The notes under the pieces: model-generated | The model's input: only the letters and a program-made list of their open reading frames with translations | What the model was told of the DNA's origin: nothing | The model's database searches: none | Translations under genes and position numbers: made by a program | Part shown: one piece after another, positions 63,105 through 64,000 of the stretch | Numbering within the stretch: the first letter of the stretch is position 1 | Layout of the letters: every line of letters starts with the position of its first letter | Source: Octopus sinensis | Lineage: Eukaryota | DNA length: 64,000 nt | Direction of reading: 5' to 3' | Assembly: GCF_006345805.1 (NCBI RefSeq) | Contig: NC_043011.1 | Coordinates: forward strand, 45,768,464 to 45,832,463

Positions 63105-63436
63105 GGCGCATGGCTCAGTGGTTAGAGCGTCGAGCTTACGATCGTGAGGTTGTGAGCTCGAATCCCGGACCGGGCTGCGTGTTGTGTTCTTGAGCAAGGC
63201 ACTTTATTTCACGTTGCTCCAGTTCACTCAGCTGTAGAAATGGGTTGCGACGTCACTGGTGCCAAGCTGTATCAACCTTTGTCTTTCCCTTGGATAACAC
63301 TGGTGGCGTGGAGAGGGGAGGCTGGTATACATGGGCGACTGCTGGTCTTCCATAAACAACCTTGCCCAGACTTGTGTCTAGGAGGGTAACTTTCTAGGTG
63401 CAATCCCATGGTCATTCATGACCGAAGGGGGTCTTT
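63105..63436 (+). mobile_element. Family D tRNA-derived SINE within (TA)n
   Basis: tggctcagtggttagag (A box), gctcgaatccc (B box), body and tail. Confidence 0.9.
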
Positions 63437-63681
63437 ACCTTATATATATATATACATATATATATAGGTTATGAGAGGTAATGGTGTCAGTGAGACACAA
63501 AGGTGTCAGGTAATGCTGAATAAGTGCTATGGATAGACCATAGTTAAGTTCCAGATTTGGTGATTATGTGAATAATGGGTCCATCTTAGGTCATATATCA
63601 GTGTGTGTATATAAAAAATATTTTTTGTATTGAGAAAAAAACCCAAGGCTGTATAGATTTTAGAACATATATAAATAGAAG

Positions 63682-63729
63682 GTCTTACAGCTGTTTCTAG
63701 TATATTTATTATATCCCTTCATCAGAGAC
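63682..63729 (-). ncRNA. Putative minimal type-I hammerhead ribozyme (canonical core)
   Basis: gtct-CTGATGA-a-gggatat(aataa)atatact-a-GAAAC-AGCT-GTA-agac. Confidence 0.65.
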
Positions 63730-63826
63730 GGTGTGAGAAGATGGTTAAGCAATAGTTAATTTAGATGACCACTCTCTATTTCGTATCTTATCTAAATTAA
63801 CTATTGCTTAACTGACTTCTCACACC

Positions 63827-63874
63827 GTCTCCGATGAAGGGATATAATAAATATCCTAGAAACAGCTGTAAGAC
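63827..63874 (+). ncRNA. Putative minimal type-I hammerhead ribozyme (U4C core variant)
   Basis: gtct-CCGATGA-a-gggatat(aataa)atatcct-a-GAAAC-AGCT-GTA-agac. Confidence 0.55.
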
Positions 63875-63941
63875 CTTCTATTTATAAATGTTCTAAAATC
63901 TACACAGCCATGGGTTTTTTTCTCATTACGAAAATATATAT

Positions 63942-63970
<29 letters not shown>

Positions 63971-63972
<2 letters not shown>

Positions 63973-64000
63973 TAAAGGAAGAGGGAAACAAAATCAAGGC
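63971..64000 (+). mobile_element. Start of a second P3 element (runs off the window)
   Basis: Identical to 62689-62718, again directly after (TA)n. Confidence 0.8.

Larger units (their letters stand above)
63620..63935. mobile_element. Foldback element P4 (arms of about 147 bp, 23-nt loop) with a complete minimal hammerhead motif in each arm
   Basis: 63620-63766 pairs with 63790-63935 with about 10 mismatches. Confidence 0.85.

Noticed and set aside
63105-63177. tRNA gene (also SINE heads at 17262, 32268, 35996 and 59718)
   Set aside because: A and B boxes are present but there is no closing acceptor stem, and each continues into a repeated SINE body.

Overview
AT-rich, repeat-saturated animal genomic DNA. 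The SINE repertoire and very long (TA)n/(TG)n tracts resemble octopus/cephalopod DNA; this is an inference and no database was searched. I could not establish a host protein-coding gene, only isolated candidate micro-exons. Most entries in the ORF track are microsatellite or antisense artefacts. The only long real ORF is the reverse-transcriptase region of a 5'-truncated CR1/L2-group LINE (23980-25668, minus, no stops). The window also holds RTE LINE fragments, decayed mariner and Chapaev-like transposase remnants, hAT- and piggyBac-type MITEs, Helitrons, and at least six SINE-like families (my labels A-F). The most striking signal is a set of short non-coding elements that sit in or beside (TA)n tracts, are often near-perfect foldbacks, and carry minimal type-I hammerhead-ribozyme-like motifs of the kind known from Penelope-like retroelements. 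These fall into several distinct sequence families and show apparent compensatory changes, including a G3:C8 core swap. Other notable observations: a LINE-SINE pair sharing a covarying 3' stem-loop, head-to-tail SINE multimers each bounded by one target-site duplication, and several microsatellite-anchored direct or inverted duplications and templated insertions. Repeat boundaries were read by eye and are approximate unless stated as exact motifs.
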